From the NCBI GenBank assembly GCA_963745035.1, contig CAVUVW010000021.1, forward strand, positions 192,001 through 256,000: DNA of 64,000 nt. Direction: 5' to 3'. This DNA is from an uncultured delta proteobacterium (GTDB taxonomy: Bacteria > Desulfobacterota > Binatia > UBA9968). A program made the position numbers and the translations under genes. The notes under the pieces were generated by a model. It had not been told where the DNA came from. It did no database searches and was given only the letters and a program-made list of their open reading frames with translations. Shown piece by piece: positions 48,278 through 58,248 of the stretch (positions are counted from its first letter, which is position 1; every line of letters starts with the position of its first letter).

Positions 48278-49711
48278 TCAGGCGGCTTTCTTGATGATGA
48301 ATTTGCCGTCGGAGAAAGTGAGCAGGGTGTTGCGGCCGTCGATGACGGTTTCCATCACGACGTCGTGGTCCCAGAGCTGCTGCACGTACTTGAGGGTTTT
48401 CTCGGCGTACTCGAGCTGCAGGTCGCGCCCGTCGTGGTGGTGCTTGAGCAGCAGGGTGCGATTGTTCAGATAGTCGGAGTCTTCGACTTTGATCACCGGA
48501 ATGGTGGCGGTGCCGACGTTCTGGATCAACGTCTCCCTGATCTGGCGCCAGTTGTCGTCGTCCGCGACGCGGCTCACCACCTGCTCGTTGCCGCGGCTCT
48601 TGTATTCGAAAAGCTTGAGCTCGCGAATCAACTCTTCGGTGAGATAGCGTCGCAAGAACGACGCGTCGCGCTCCACTTCGCGGACTTCGAACAGCTTCTC
48701 CATGCCGGTCTTGCGGCGCGGGCCGAACTCCTCGATCTCTTCGGCCGTCGGATGGTCCCAGCGCTTTTCGATATCTTCCCAAATTTTCATGCCGACGTGA
48801 TACGGATTGAGGCCGCCAGGGGAGGGGCGCAGCACCTGCGTGTGGCGGATGATGAATTCCAGATGGAGGCCCTGGGGCAGATCGAGCGCCTCGACGATGC
48901 GCTTGTGCCAGAAGCTCGCCCAGCCTTCGTTCATGATCTTGGTCTCGATCTGCGGGACAAAATACTGCGCCTGCTTGTGCACGATGGTCAGCAGGTCGCG
49001 CTCCCATTCGGCGAGCTGCGGATTGTGATCGCGGATGAAGGTCAACAGGTCTTCGTCGGGATAAAGCGGCACCTTCCTCAGGTCGGGCGTCGGCGTTTCC
49101 GCCGGGCGGTGGATCGCGCGAAACGGGTCGGCGGGCGGCTCGAACTCATCGAGTTTCATTTGCCGCTCCTCGCTCGCCGTCGGTTTTTTGATGGCGAGGT
49201 TGCGGCGGCATTGCAGCGACAGCGCGTGGGCGGCGTCGAGCACGGCCTCCACCTTTTCCAAGCCGATGCTCGGATCTTCGACGTAACGGCGCACGCGATT
49301 GGCGTGGCTCTTGAAGGTTTCGATGGTGAATTCGGCGCGGGTGGACCGAAAAGTAAAATTGTTCTTGAAGAAATCGTTGTGCCCGTAGACGTGCGCCATC
49401 GTGAGAATCTGCAGCGCGAGGCTGTTGTCGCGCATGAGATAGGCGATCGACGGGTTGGAGTTGATGACCATTTCATAGGGCAGGCCGCTGACGCCGTATT
49501 CGTAGAGGGTCTTGGTCTTCTCAAAGTTCTTGCCGTAGGACCAGTGGGGATAATGCGACGGCATGCCGGAGTAGACCATATAGGAGAGCATGTCTTCGTG
49601 GTCGCAGATCTCGAATTCCTGGCCGTAGGGATCGAGCCCGAAGCGCTCGACCAGGGCCACGATCTTGTCGTTCCACTGCTCGAGATCTTGCAAGCTATAG
49701 TCGGAAGCCAT
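48278..49711 (-). CDS. SpoVR/YcgB family protein
   Basis: GMPSHYPHWSYGK, YEMVINSNP, AHVYGHNDFFKNN, TKIMNEGWASFWH, NPY. Confidence 0.95.
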   Translation of the reverse strand: MASDYSLQDLEQWNDKIVALVERFGLDPYGQEFEICDHEDMLSYMVYSGMPSHYPHWSYGKNFEKTKTLYEYGVSGLPYEMVINSNPSIAYLMRDNSLALQILTMAHVYGHNDFFKNNFTFRSTRAEFTIETFKSHANRVRRYVEDPSIGLEKVEAVLDAAHALSLQCRRNLAIKKPTASEERQMKLDEFEPPADPFRAIHRPAETPTPDLRKVPLYPDEDLLTFIRDHNPQLAEWERDLLTIVHKQAQYFVPQIETKIMNEGWASFWHKRIVEALDLPQGLHLEFIIRHTQVLRPSPGGLNPYHVGMKIWEDIEKRWDHPTAEEIEEFGPRRKTGMEKLFEVREVERDASFLRRYLTEELIRELKLFEYKSRGNEQVVSRVADDDNWRQIRETLIQNVGTATIPVIKVEDSDYLNNRTLLLKHHHDGRDLQLEYAEKTLKYVQQLWDHDVVMETVIDGRNTLLTFSDGKFIIKKAA

Positions 49712-49716
49712 GGAAA

Positions 49717-50898
49717 CTAGGCCGCGTCTTCCCGGGCGCGGTCCTTGCTTAGAAAGGCGCGGAAGGAAGCCCAGATGTCTTCCTTCTTCTGAATCTGCAC
49801 GGTCTGAAAGTTCGCTTCCTGGATCTGTGAAAAAAACGTGATCATGCTGCTGCCGTAATAGCCGGCCCCGAGCGGCTTGATCTCGCCGTAGCCGAACAGA
49901 TTGGCCGTGCGAGCGAGCTCCTGGGCGGCCTTGAGCGCAGCCTCGTTGTCGGACTCGAAGTTGTCGCCGTCGGAGCAGTGAAACACGTACACGTTCCACA
50001 GCGCCGGGTGGTAGCGCTCTTCGATGATCTCCAGCGCCTTATTGTAGCCCGAGGAAATGAACGTGCCGCCCGATTCGCCTTTGTGAAAAAACTCCTCCTC
50101 GCTCACCTCCCGCGCTTCGGTGTGGTGGGCGATGAACACGATCTCGACGTTCTGATAGCGCGTGCAGAGAAACTGATAGAGCAGAAAAAAGAAGCTGCGC
50201 GCCAGATATTTCTTCATCGTGTCCATGGAGCCGGACGTATCCATGATGCAGAGCACCACGGCGTTGGATTCGTTGCGCGTGTCGGTGACCGTGTGATGAT
50301 AGCGCAGATCGTCCTGGTGAAAAGGGAAGCGGCGCGATGGCGGGAGGCCGGGCTGCTGCTTCATCGCCGCCTTTTTGCGCTTGACCCGCGAGCGCGCGGT
50401 GCGCTTCTTGTCCAGCCGCACGCGAATGCCTTTGCGGCGAAATCCCTTCTGGCGGAACAGCCGCTCGATTTCGATCTGGCGCAAGCGCTTACGCTCGATA
50501 TCGGGCAGCTCGAGGTCTTCGAACATCAAATCAACCAGCTCGTCGAGGCTCACGTCGGTCTCGTAGTAATCGATGCCCGGACGGTCGCCCGCCTGCTGGC
50601 CGCCTTTACCGTCCTTGCCCTGTCCGACGACATCGCCCGGCTTGGGGTCGCCGTCGCCGCCTTCGCCGACGCCGGGAGCGTTCTCGCCGTAGATGAACCG
50701 GTATTCCTTCACCCCGCGGATCGGCACTTTGATGATGCGGTTGCGATCTTTGCCGATGATGGATTCCTCGGCGATGATGTCGGCGATGTTGTTGCGAATC
50801 GCTTCGCGGACTTTTTGCCGGTGGCGCAGGCGATCTCCGGCGCTGCGGTCGCTGCGCTGTCCCGACGACGAATTATACGGACGAAAGATGGTCGACAA
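49717..50898 (-). CDS. YeaH/YhbH (DUF444, vWA-like) family protein
   Basis: DRLRHRQKV, IMDTSGSM, FIAHHTEA, GESGGT, SDGDN. Confidence 0.93.
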   Translation of the reverse strand: MSTIFRPYNSSSGQRSDRSAGDRLRHRQKVREAIRNNIADIIAEESIIGKDRNRIIKVPIRGVKEYRFIYGENAPGVGEGGDGDPKPGDVVGQGKDGKGGQQAGDRPGIDYYETDVSLDELVDLMFEDLELPDIERKRLRQIEIERLFRQKGFRRKGIRVRLDKKRTARSRVKRKKAAMKQQPGLPPSRRFPFHQDDLRYHHTVTDTRNESNAVVLCIMDTSGSMDTMKKYLARSFFFLLYQFLCTRYQNVEIVFIAHHTEAREVSEEEFFHKGESGGTFISSGYNKALEIIEERYHPALWNVYVFHCSDGDNFESDNEAALKAAQELARTANLFGYGEIKPLGAGYYGSSMITFFSQIQEANFQTVQIQKKEDIWASFRAFLSKDRAREDAA

Positions 50899-50943
50899 GC
50901 TGCACCCCGGCGCGGTTACACGACCTTCGCTGAAAAACCGCCG

Positions 50944-52878
50944 TTAGTCCTTCCACAGGTTGTTGGCCGCGTACTTGAGCACCACATCGACGCAGCTCGG
51001 GCAGTAGCCGTGCTCGAGGAGATTTTTCACCATGGCGTCGTACTTTTCCGACTGATCTTCGTCGCGCATTCGCGATTTGGTGATCACGCGGCTCAAGTCG
51101 CGCACCGAAGTGATCAGCTTCTTTTCGATCGCCTCTTTGAGCGGCTCGTAGCTGCGAAAATCGATCTTCTCGCTGCGCCGGTTGGCGGCCCACAGGTAGG
51201 CGATCACCTCCTGACGAAAGCCGTCGGCGGCGGATCCGATGATCGCGATCTGCTCTTCGATCGACTTCATGAAGCCTTCGTCCGGTGCCAGCTCCTCCTT
51301 GGTGTTGCGGTCCTTGACCTTGCTCTTGTTGACGTAGGCCTCGGCATGGTCGAGATAGTTCTGGAACAGCGCTTCAGCCTGCTCCTGATAGGAGTACACG
51401 AAGGCGCGGGTGATTTCCTTTTCGAGGATCTCCAGATACTCCTTGTGCAAGGTGTCCTGCAAAAATTCCAGGTGCTGCTTGCGGGTGTCGTCGGACAAGT
51501 CGGCTTCCTTCACCATGTTGATCAGCGCTTCGCGCACGTTGATCGCGTTGATGCAGTTGCCGGCGGCGTTGTCCGACAGCGCGTTGTCCAGCGCTTTCAT
51601 GATAAAGCGGGTGGAGATTCCGGACATGCCTTCGCGCTTGCTGCTGTCGCGCAGCTCCTGAATGTCGACTTTCTTGGTCCGGCCTTTTTCGACCACTTCT
51701 TCGCCGTTGTAGAGCTTGAGCTTGGTCATGAGATCGCACTTGTTGGTCGGCTCCAGCCGCGACAGAATCGCGAACATGGACGCTACCTCCAACGTGTGCG
51801 GCGCGACGTGGGCGCGGAAATCCGAGTTGCGGATGATCTTTTGGTAGATCTTCACTTCCTCGGACAATCGCAGATTGTAGGGCACCCGCACCACGACGAT
51901 GCGGTCGAGAATGGCTTCATTGGTATGGTCCGCCTTGAACTTCTGCCACTCCGCTTCGTTGGAATGGGCGACGATCACGGTATCGACGTACACCAATCCG
52001 TGCCGCCCTGGCGCGGGCACGACCTTTTCCTGAGTCGCGGTGATCATGCAGTGGAGATATTCGATCTCGTTCTTGAAGACCTCGATGAACTCGACCACGC
52101 CGCGATTGCCGATGTTGAGCGCGCCATTGAGCTCGAGCACGCGCGGGTCGCCTTCGGAGTAAAGGTCCAACTTGGAAATATCCTCGCTGCCGATCAGCAC
52201 CGAGGTGTCCTGGTTGTTGGGATCCACGGGCGGCACTACGCCGATGCCGACGCGCGCGCGCTTGGAAAATTCCACGGTGGCGACCGGAAACTCTTCATAT
52301 TTGCCGGCGTATTCCTGGATGAGCTTGTAGCGGCAGACCGGACAGAGGTCTCCCTCGATGTGCACGCCCAGCATCTTCTCGAATTCCTTGCGCAGGTGGC
52401 GCGGAATCAAGTGCAGCGGCTCCTCGAACATCGGACAGCCTTCGATGGCGTAAAACGGCTCGCTTTCCTCGAGACCGCGATGCAGCTTTTCCACCAGCGA
52501 ACTCTTGCCCGAGCCGACCGGCCCCATCAGGTAGAGCACCTGGCGGCTCTCTTCGCCTTTGAGTGAAGCGGCATGAAAGAAGCGGACGATCTGCGATACG
52601 GTTTTCTCGATGCCGAAGAACTCTTCGGAGAAAAAATCGTAAAGTCTGATGGATTCGTCTTTGTAGAGTCGTTTTACGCGAGGGTCGTGCTTTTCGTGGA
52701 TGTCGCGGACGCCGGGCTTAATGACCACGTCGTACATGCGCGCGTGCGCGAGCTTGGTGACTGCGGGATCGGCCTTTACTTTTTCGAGATAGCCGAGCAG
52801 GTTGCCGCGCCAGGAGCGCGACTGGTGCATGTCGCGGTCCTTCTTGATGAGCTGTTCGAATTCCGTGTTATGGTCCAT
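50944..52878 (-). CDS. prkA: PrkA/YeaG AAA+ serine kinase family protein
   Basis: LMGPVGSGKS, CPMFEEPLHLIP, GNRGVVEFIE, HSNEAE, EGMSGISTR. Confidence 0.95.
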   Translation of the reverse strand: MDHNTEFEQLIKKDRDMHQSRSWRGNLLGYLEKVKADPAVTKLAHARMYDVVIKPGVRDIHEKHDPRVKRLYKDESIRLYDFFSEEFFGIEKTVSQIVRFFHAASLKGEESRQVLYLMGPVGSGKSSLVEKLHRGLEESEPFYAIEGCPMFEEPLHLIPRHLRKEFEKMLGVHIEGDLCPVCRYKLIQEYAGKYEEFPVATVEFSKRARVGIGVVPPVDPNNQDTSVLIGSEDISKLDLYSEGDPRVLELNGALNIGNRGVVEFIEVFKNEIEYLHCMITATQEKVVPAPGRHGLVYVDTVIVAHSNEAEWQKFKADHTNEAILDRIVVVRVPYNLRLSEEVKIYQKIIRNSDFRAHVAPHTLEVASMFAILSRLEPTNKCDLMTKLKLYNGEEVVEKGRTKKVDIQELRDSSKREGMSGISTRFIMKALDNALSDNAAGNCINAINVREALINMVKEADLSDDTRKQHLEFLQDTLHKEYLEILEKEITRAFVYSYQEQAEALFQNYLDHAEAYVNKSKVKDRNTKEELAPDEGFMKSIEEQIAIIGSAADGFRQEVIAYLWAANRRSEKIDFRSYEPLKEAIEKKLITSVRDLSRVITKSRMRDEDQSEKYDAMVKNLLEHGYCPSCVDVVLKYAANNLWKD

Positions 52879-53369
52879 TCCAGCAGCCTCCCTTGTTCAT
52901 GTTCCTACCGTCGATACTGGGCGTGCTTGCGCGCGCACAAAGACAATGCAAATGTCCGGAGAGCGACGAAGACAACGGATGAAAGTGCAGCGAATCGTGC
53001 AAGGCCGGCGAGAACGCTATTTTGAGAGCGTGCATCACCTTGGATAATGAGACGGACGAAAGCAGAAGGGCGCGAGGAGACGGGACTCGGCGGAAATCCG
53101 GAAGTGTTGTAAGGCTTGCATGCGACCTCCTGTCATTGTGCTGGTCGGGCAGCCAAGCGCCTCGTCGTCGATCGTTTAGGCGTCGATCGGACAAACATCC
53201 TCTTCACTTCACAACCACTGCTACATTGCACCGCAAAACACCCCTGATGTCAAGATAATTCAACCCCGCGAAAAAAGAGCAACCCATCAACCGCGCGCGG
53301 ATTCGCATCCGCGCCGATGTCTGATAGAATTGATTCCGCGCGCGCTTTCACCGACGGACAAAATTTTCG

Positions 53370-53894
53370 ATGCGTCAGGAATCCTTGCAGATCGAACCCG
53401 GTCTGAGATGGTACGCGATCCAGACCAAGGCGAACCGGGAAAAAGAAGTCGAGAAGCGGCTTTGTGATCTCGACTTGGAAGTGTTTCTGCCGTGGATGCG
53501 CGCGCGGCGGCGCATCGGCAGCCGCTTTCATTGGGTGCTGGCGCCGTTGTTTCCGGGATATGTTTTTTGCCGTCTCGACATGGTGCTCTCGGGCAAGGCG
53601 GTGCGCTACTCCCCGGGTGTGAAGGATTTTCTCACGTTCGGCAGCCGCATTGCCGAAGTGGGTGAAAATATTCTGCAGGCTTTGCGCGAGCGCTGCCCCG
53701 GCGGCATTGCGGAAATCGATCCGATGAACGCCAAACCGGGCGATCGCGTGCGCATCAACGAGGGACCGTTTTCGGGTCTGGAAGCGATCTTCGAGCAGAA
53801 GCTTCGCGGCAGCGAAAGGATCGCCGTTCTGCTGGATATTCTCGGCCGCGAGACGCGCATCGTGCTGCCACGCGAGATTATCGGCCGATTGTAA
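53370..53894 (+). CDS. specialised NusG paralog (RfaH/UpxY-like antiterminator)
   Basis: WYAIQTK, PLFPGYVF, KOW GDRVRINEGPFSGLEAIF. Confidence 0.88.
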   Translation: MRQESLQIEPGLRWYAIQTKANREKEVEKRLCDLDLEVFLPWMRARRRIGSRFHWVLAPLFPGYVFCRLDMVLSGKAVRYSPGVKDFLTFGSRIAEVGENILQALRERCPGGIAEIDPMNAKPGDRVRINEGPFSGLEAIFEQKLRGSERIAVLLDILGRETRIVLPREIIGRL

Positions 53895-54074
53895 GTTGAC
53901 GCGCGCTTAAGCAGCGTTGCTTCTACGGCGCCGCTCGCGCCAGTCAGATATTTTACCGGCTTGTTGACCCCACCTCCCGAATGGCCGCCCGCCCCCCGGT
54001 GGGTCGTTTGACAGGCCTCGATCTCCCTTGATAAAGGGCCTTCCCTGGCGACGTCAATCTTGCGGGGAGTACTT

Positions 54075-56651
54075 ATGAGCGAGCGAACTTGGTGGGGCCG
54101 ACTACTACTCTTGGTTTCGGGGCTTTGCGTTCTCTTTCTCGTGGGTCAGTCCATCGTATCCACCGGCCGCTGGTTGAACGAGCCCTTTCCAGGTTTCTTT
54201 GTCTATGAAAATTTGACCGTCGGTCCGTATCACGCCCCGGGTTGGACCGGTGCCGCCGCGGGATTGCGCTCGCTCGACCGCATCATCAGCATCGACGGCC
54301 GCGAACTGCGGCGGCGCGTCGAGTTTTACGATATCGTGGGCGGTTCGCCGCCCGGCTCGGTGTTTCACTACCGTGTAGCGCGCGACTCCCGCACCCTCGA
54401 CCTTTATATCTCATCCCTGAATTTTTCCCTCCGCGACTGGCTGCTCAGCTTCGGCCTATACATTTTGATCGGCCTCGCGTTTCTGATCATCGGCGTCGCT
54501 CCCTACTTCTATCGAGCGTCCTCGATCGTCGCACTGCCGCTTTGCTTCATGGTCTTGATGGTATTCGTCTGGTTTCAAACCACCTTCGACTTCATGACCG
54601 ATGGCGCACTGCCAAAGGAAATCCGCATCCTCGCGCTCGGCTTGACGCCGAGTGCCGCGATTCATCTGGCGCTGCTGCTGCGCAACGTGACCCTCGGCAC
54701 CACGCTGTCGAACGTCTATCCGGCCATCATCTACGGCGCGGGCGCGCTGCTCGGCGCGCTCAACATCGCGACTTTCTTCGCGCCGCGTTGGCTGTGGAAT
54801 CCCGTCCATCATGCGTCCTATATTTTCGTCTGCTTCGGCGCGCTCGCCTTTCTGCTGATCGTTGCGGACGCGCTGCGCCGCTGTTCTTCGGACCTGGATC
54901 GCTCGCGGCTGCGCGTGATGCTGGTCGGCTCGCTGGTCGGGTTTCTGCTTCCCGCGTTCAGCACGTTGGCGGCCAATTCGCTGGGCTGGTGGGTGCCGTA
55001 CAACGTGGCTTTGGTTCCGACGATCTTCTTTCCGATCTCGGTCGCTTACGCGCTGCTGAAATACAGCCTTTTCGATCTCGGCAACGCCTTGAAAGTCGCG
55101 TTGAGCCGCATCGGATTGCTCGCCGCGCTGGTGGCGATCTATGCGGTGGTGGCGATGCTGGTGGCGCCGTGGGCGGGCCAGTACGCCAAGGATCCGCTCG
55201 TGCCGATTTTCTTTTCGATCCTGGTCGTCGCGGTGTTCAATCCGCTGCTGCGCTGGCTCGAGCGCGTGGTGGACCGCTACGTCTATCGTCAGGAGTACGA
55301 TCCGGCGCTGGCCCAGGCGGAAATCAGCTTGTTTCTGCGCACCCTCGACGACGCGCCGGCGCTCGCCCATGGTTTTGTTGAGCGTATCGCCGGCCGCTTG
55401 GGACTGCTGCACGCGTGCGTGTTGTACCGCCCGAAGTACTCCGGTGAATTCTTGACGGCGGCAAGCCCTGCGGCGCCGGACATCGCGGCGGCGCTCGCCG
55501 CCGAGTTCCGGACGATCACCGCATTGTTCGACGACGGCGCGTATCGCGGCATCAGCCGCGACGAGGTGACCACCGACCCGCGCTACCGCGCTAAAAGCGC
55601 AATCTTGCTCGGCGTTTTCGAACGGTGCGGCGCGGAGATCTTCTTGCCGCTGGTGTACGAGCGCGAGGTGCGCGGCGTGGTTGCGGTCGGAGCCAAACGC
55701 TCGCGCGGCGAATACAGCGCCGAGGATTTGCGGCTATTGATAACGCTGACCGAGCAGTTGGCGCTGTCTTTGGAGAACGGCCGGCTTTATCAGGAGTCGG
55801 TGGCGGCGTGCCAAAAGGCTGAGGATAGCAATAAACGATTGCTGGAAATGGATCGCATGAAAAAAGACTTCGTGGCGAACATCTGTCACGAGCTGCGCAC
55901 GCCGGTCAGCACCATCATCGGCTTCAGCGAAGTCCTGCGGGATCCCAACTTCAAAGGCAACGCGACGGAGCTGCTGAACCGCCTGGTCAACAACGGTCAG
56001 GAACTGTCGAGCCTGATGGACAATCTGATGAATTTTACGCGCATGGAGGCTGACGCAGCCACGGCGCAGTTCGAGATCGTCAAGCTCAAAGAGATTCTCG
56101 CGGCTTTGGAGATGATGACCCAGCGGTTGATTCGCGCGCGGCCGATCGAATTCGGCATTCTTTTGGATTCGGCAGTCGACACCATCGAAAGCGACGGCCA
56201 AAAGCTGCAGCAGATTCTGGTGCAGCTTTTGACCAACGCCCTCAAGTTTACCGAGAAGGGACGCATCGAGCTGTCGATCCGCCCGCGCCGTGAGGCGGAT
56301 CAGGGTTTCTTGGAGATCGCGGTCGCCGACACCGGCATCGGCATCAAGCGCGAAGATCAGGACATCATCTTCGACGACTTCCGCCAGCTCGAGGGTTCGT
56401 CTACCCGCCACTACGGCGGGACCGGCGTGGGGTTGGGGCTGTCCAAAAAACTCGCGGCGGCGCTGGGCGGCGAGTTGCGGGTGGCGAGCGAACTCGGCGT
56501 CGGCAGCGTTTTCAGTCTGCTCTTGCCGCTGCGCGTTTTGGGGCTGTCGCAGGCGTCCTTTTCCGGCGCAAACGGCGGATCCGCTGCCGGTGTAAAATTC
56601 CCGCAGAGCCTGTGTTACAGTGACGCATCGCCGCGAGGAAAGGATTCCTAA
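54075..56651 (+). CDS. membrane sensor histidine kinase (PDZ-like, multi-TM, GAF, HisKA, HATPase)
   Basis: GLRSLDRIISIDG; many TM; YSAEDLRLL...ENGRLY; CHELRTP, NALKFT, DTGIGI, GTGVGL. Confidence 0.92.
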   Translation: MSERTWWGRLLLLVSGLCVLFLVGQSIVSTGRWLNEPFPGFFVYENLTVGPYHAPGWTGAAAGLRSLDRIISIDGRELRRRVEFYDIVGGSPPGSVFHYRVARDSRTLDLYISSLNFSLRDWLLSFGLYILIGLAFLIIGVAPYFYRASSIVALPLCFMVLMVFVWFQTTFDFMTDGALPKEIRILALGLTPSAAIHLALLLRNVTLGTTLSNVYPAIIYGAGALLGALNIATFFAPRWLWNPVHHASYIFVCFGALAFLLIVADALRRCSSDLDRSRLRVMLVGSLVGFLLPAFSTLAANSLGWWVPYNVALVPTIFFPISVAYALLKYSLFDLGNALKVALSRIGLLAALVAIYAVVAMLVAPWAGQYAKDPLVPIFFSILVVAVFNPLLRWLERVVDRYVYRQEYDPALAQAEISLFLRTLDDAPALAHGFVERIAGRLGLLHACVLYRPKYSGEFLTAASPAAPDIAAALAAEFRTITALFDDGAYRGISRDEVTTDPRYRAKSAILLGVFERCGAEIFLPLVYEREVRGVVAVGAKRSRGEYSAEDLRLLITLTEQLALSLENGRLYQESVAACQKAEDSNKRLLEMDRMKKDFVANICHELRTPVSTIIGFSEVLRDPNFKGNATELLNRLVNNGQELSSLMDNLMNFTRMEADAATAQFEIVKLKEILAALEMMTQRLIRARPIEFGILLDSAVDTIESDGQKLQQILVQLLTNALKFTEKGRIELSIRPRREADQGFLEIAVADTGIGIKREDQDIIFDDFRQLEGSSTRHYGGTGVGLGLSKKLAAALGGELRVASELGVGSVFSLLLPLRVLGLSQASFSGANGGSAAGVKFPQSLCYSDASPRGKDS

Positions 56652-56653
56652 CC

Positions 56654-57367
56654 ATGCCGCAACTTCGCCAGTTGGTGATCGCCGCCGAGGATCCGAGGAG
56701 GCTCTCGGCTTTTTACCGGGAAGTTTTCGACCTCGATCAGATCGATGAAGCAGGGGACGCGGTGTTTCTTTCCGACGGAGTTTTCAATTTGGCGCTGGTG
56801 TGCGAGCCGGAGGCGCGCAAACAGGGACTGCGCAATCTCAGCTTCGATACGGTCAGAGTCGAGTCGTTGGGAAAGAAGCTGGCGCACGTCGATGGGGCGC
56901 AGTCCGCACTCGCTCCCGTGCAGTCAGTCACGGGCGTGGAGTTCGAGGTAAGCGACCCGGACGGCAATCCCGTCGGCATCTGCCGCCGCGCCTTCGATGT
57001 GGCGTACGAGCAGCTTCCGGCGCCGCTCCGCCACATCGCGCTCTACACACCCAATCCGCAACGCATGGCGGATTTCTACTGCAAAGTTTTCGATATGAAA
57101 GAGGTGGAGAAAACCGATCGCTCTTCGATCTTCGTCTCCGACGGCTATTTCAATCTCGCGCTGCTGTATCAACGCAAGGAAGAGCCCATCGGCCTCAATC
57201 ATTTTGGTTTCCACGTGAAGAGCACGGAAGAGATGCAGGAGCGGGCGGAGAAGGCGGGCGTGCGGCGCGGCGCGGCGCGTCCGGAACGAATTCCCTTCGC
57301 CGAGTATCGAGTTCACGATCCCGAGGGAAACGGCATCGACATTTCGCAGAAGGGCTGGCGAGTGTAA
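56654..57367 (+). CDS. tandem VOC family protein
   Basis: Two repeats: LRQLVI/LRHIAL...FY..VF, SDG.FNLAL, DPDGN/DPEGN. Confidence 0.88.
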   Translation: MPQLRQLVIAAEDPRRLSAFYREVFDLDQIDEAGDAVFLSDGVFNLALVCEPEARKQGLRNLSFDTVRVESLGKKLAHVDGAQSALAPVQSVTGVEFEVSDPDGNPVGICRRAFDVAYEQLPAPLRHIALYTPNPQRMADFYCKVFDMKEVEKTDRSSIFVSDGYFNLALLYQRKEEPIGLNHFGFHVKSTEEMQERAEKAGVRRGAARPERIPFAEYRVHDPEGNGIDISQKGWRV

Positions 57368-57375
57368 TGCTCGGG

Positions 57376-57448
57376 TCGAGGATGGAGGATCGAGGATTGC
57401 GAGTCGGACGTATTTGCGATCCTCCATCCTCTATTCTCCATCTTCGAC
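57376..57448. repeat. 7-bp-period GAGGAT inverted repeat (REP-like hairpin)
   Basis: GAGGAT at 57378, 57385, 57392; inverse ATCCTC-type units at 57419, 57426, 57433, 57440. Confidence 0.75.
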
Positions 57449-57464
57449 CTTGATTTTATGAGAG

Positions 57465-58118
57465 ATGGCTATGAGCGACGATGAGTTCTTGCAAGAGCTG
57501 CTGACGCCGGTGCATGAATTCTGCCGCGCGCTCGACGCGCAGCCACCGGCTTACAGCTACATTCCGCTGCGTTCGGACGAAGAGCGCATTCGCGTCATGC
57601 AGAGCCGGCTGTTCAATGAAATGCGCGCGGCGGATCTGTTCGGCGCCTGGCTCAAGACCACGCCGGAGCTCGACGTCAAGGCGACCATGGCGGAATCGGC
57701 GCACGAAGAGATGGTGCATGCCGAGCTGCTGGCCAAACGCATTCGCGATCTCGGCGCCGAGCCGTTCGCCTACAAACCGCTGCCCGCGCAGACGGCGATG
57801 TTCAACGCGATGGAAGGTTTGAATGAGACCTGCGAGCGCATCGCGGCGCTGTCGCTTGCCGGCGAAACGGTCGCCAACTATCTCATTCAAATGTGTCTCA
57901 ACTCGCCGGCTGTGCCGGAATGGATCAAGCAGCCCTACCGCCGCATCACCCAGGACGAGGAAGGTCATGGCAACGCGCCGCGGGAGTTCCTCAAGCGCTA
58001 CGCGACTACCGAGGAGCGCCGGGACCGCGCGCGCCGCGCGGTCGCCATGCGCATGGTGCTGTTCCGCGAATATCTCGCGAGCCTGGATCGCTGGTCGATG
58101 GGCAAAGATCGCTGGTAA
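57465..58118 (+). CDS. ferritin-like di-iron protein
   Basis: E...EEMVH...E...DEEGH four-helix di-iron ligand pattern. Confidence 0.75.
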   Translation: MAMSDDEFLQELLTPVHEFCRALDAQPPAYSYIPLRSDEERIRVMQSRLFNEMRAADLFGAWLKTTPELDVKATMAESAHEEMVHAELLAKRIRDLGAEPFAYKPLPAQTAMFNAMEGLNETCERIAALSLAGETVANYLIQMCLNSPAVPEWIKQPYRRITQDEEGHGNAPREFLKRYATTEERRDRARRAVAMRMVLFREYLASLDRWSMGKDRW

Positions 58119-58248
58119 AGATCGCGAGCCACGAGTCCCGCATTCAGCCATTCGCAAGCTCACCGTTTTGGCGAGGCCCTTCCTTTCCGTCCTTGAAGTC
58201 CGGCGCCGCAAATCCGCTATATGCGAATGAATTCCGCAGGAGGTGCGC

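Noticed and set aside
49978-52566. 862-aa plus-strand ORF (and similar long ORFs such as 48365-49720, 41668-42684, 61814-62842)
   Set aside because: Antisense shadows of well-supported genes in GC-rich DNA with no recognisable motifs
52900-53030. sigma54 promoter for prkA
   Set aside because: TTGCAC/TGCA-like elements are present, but I found no correctly spaced GG-N10-GC consensus on the minus strand
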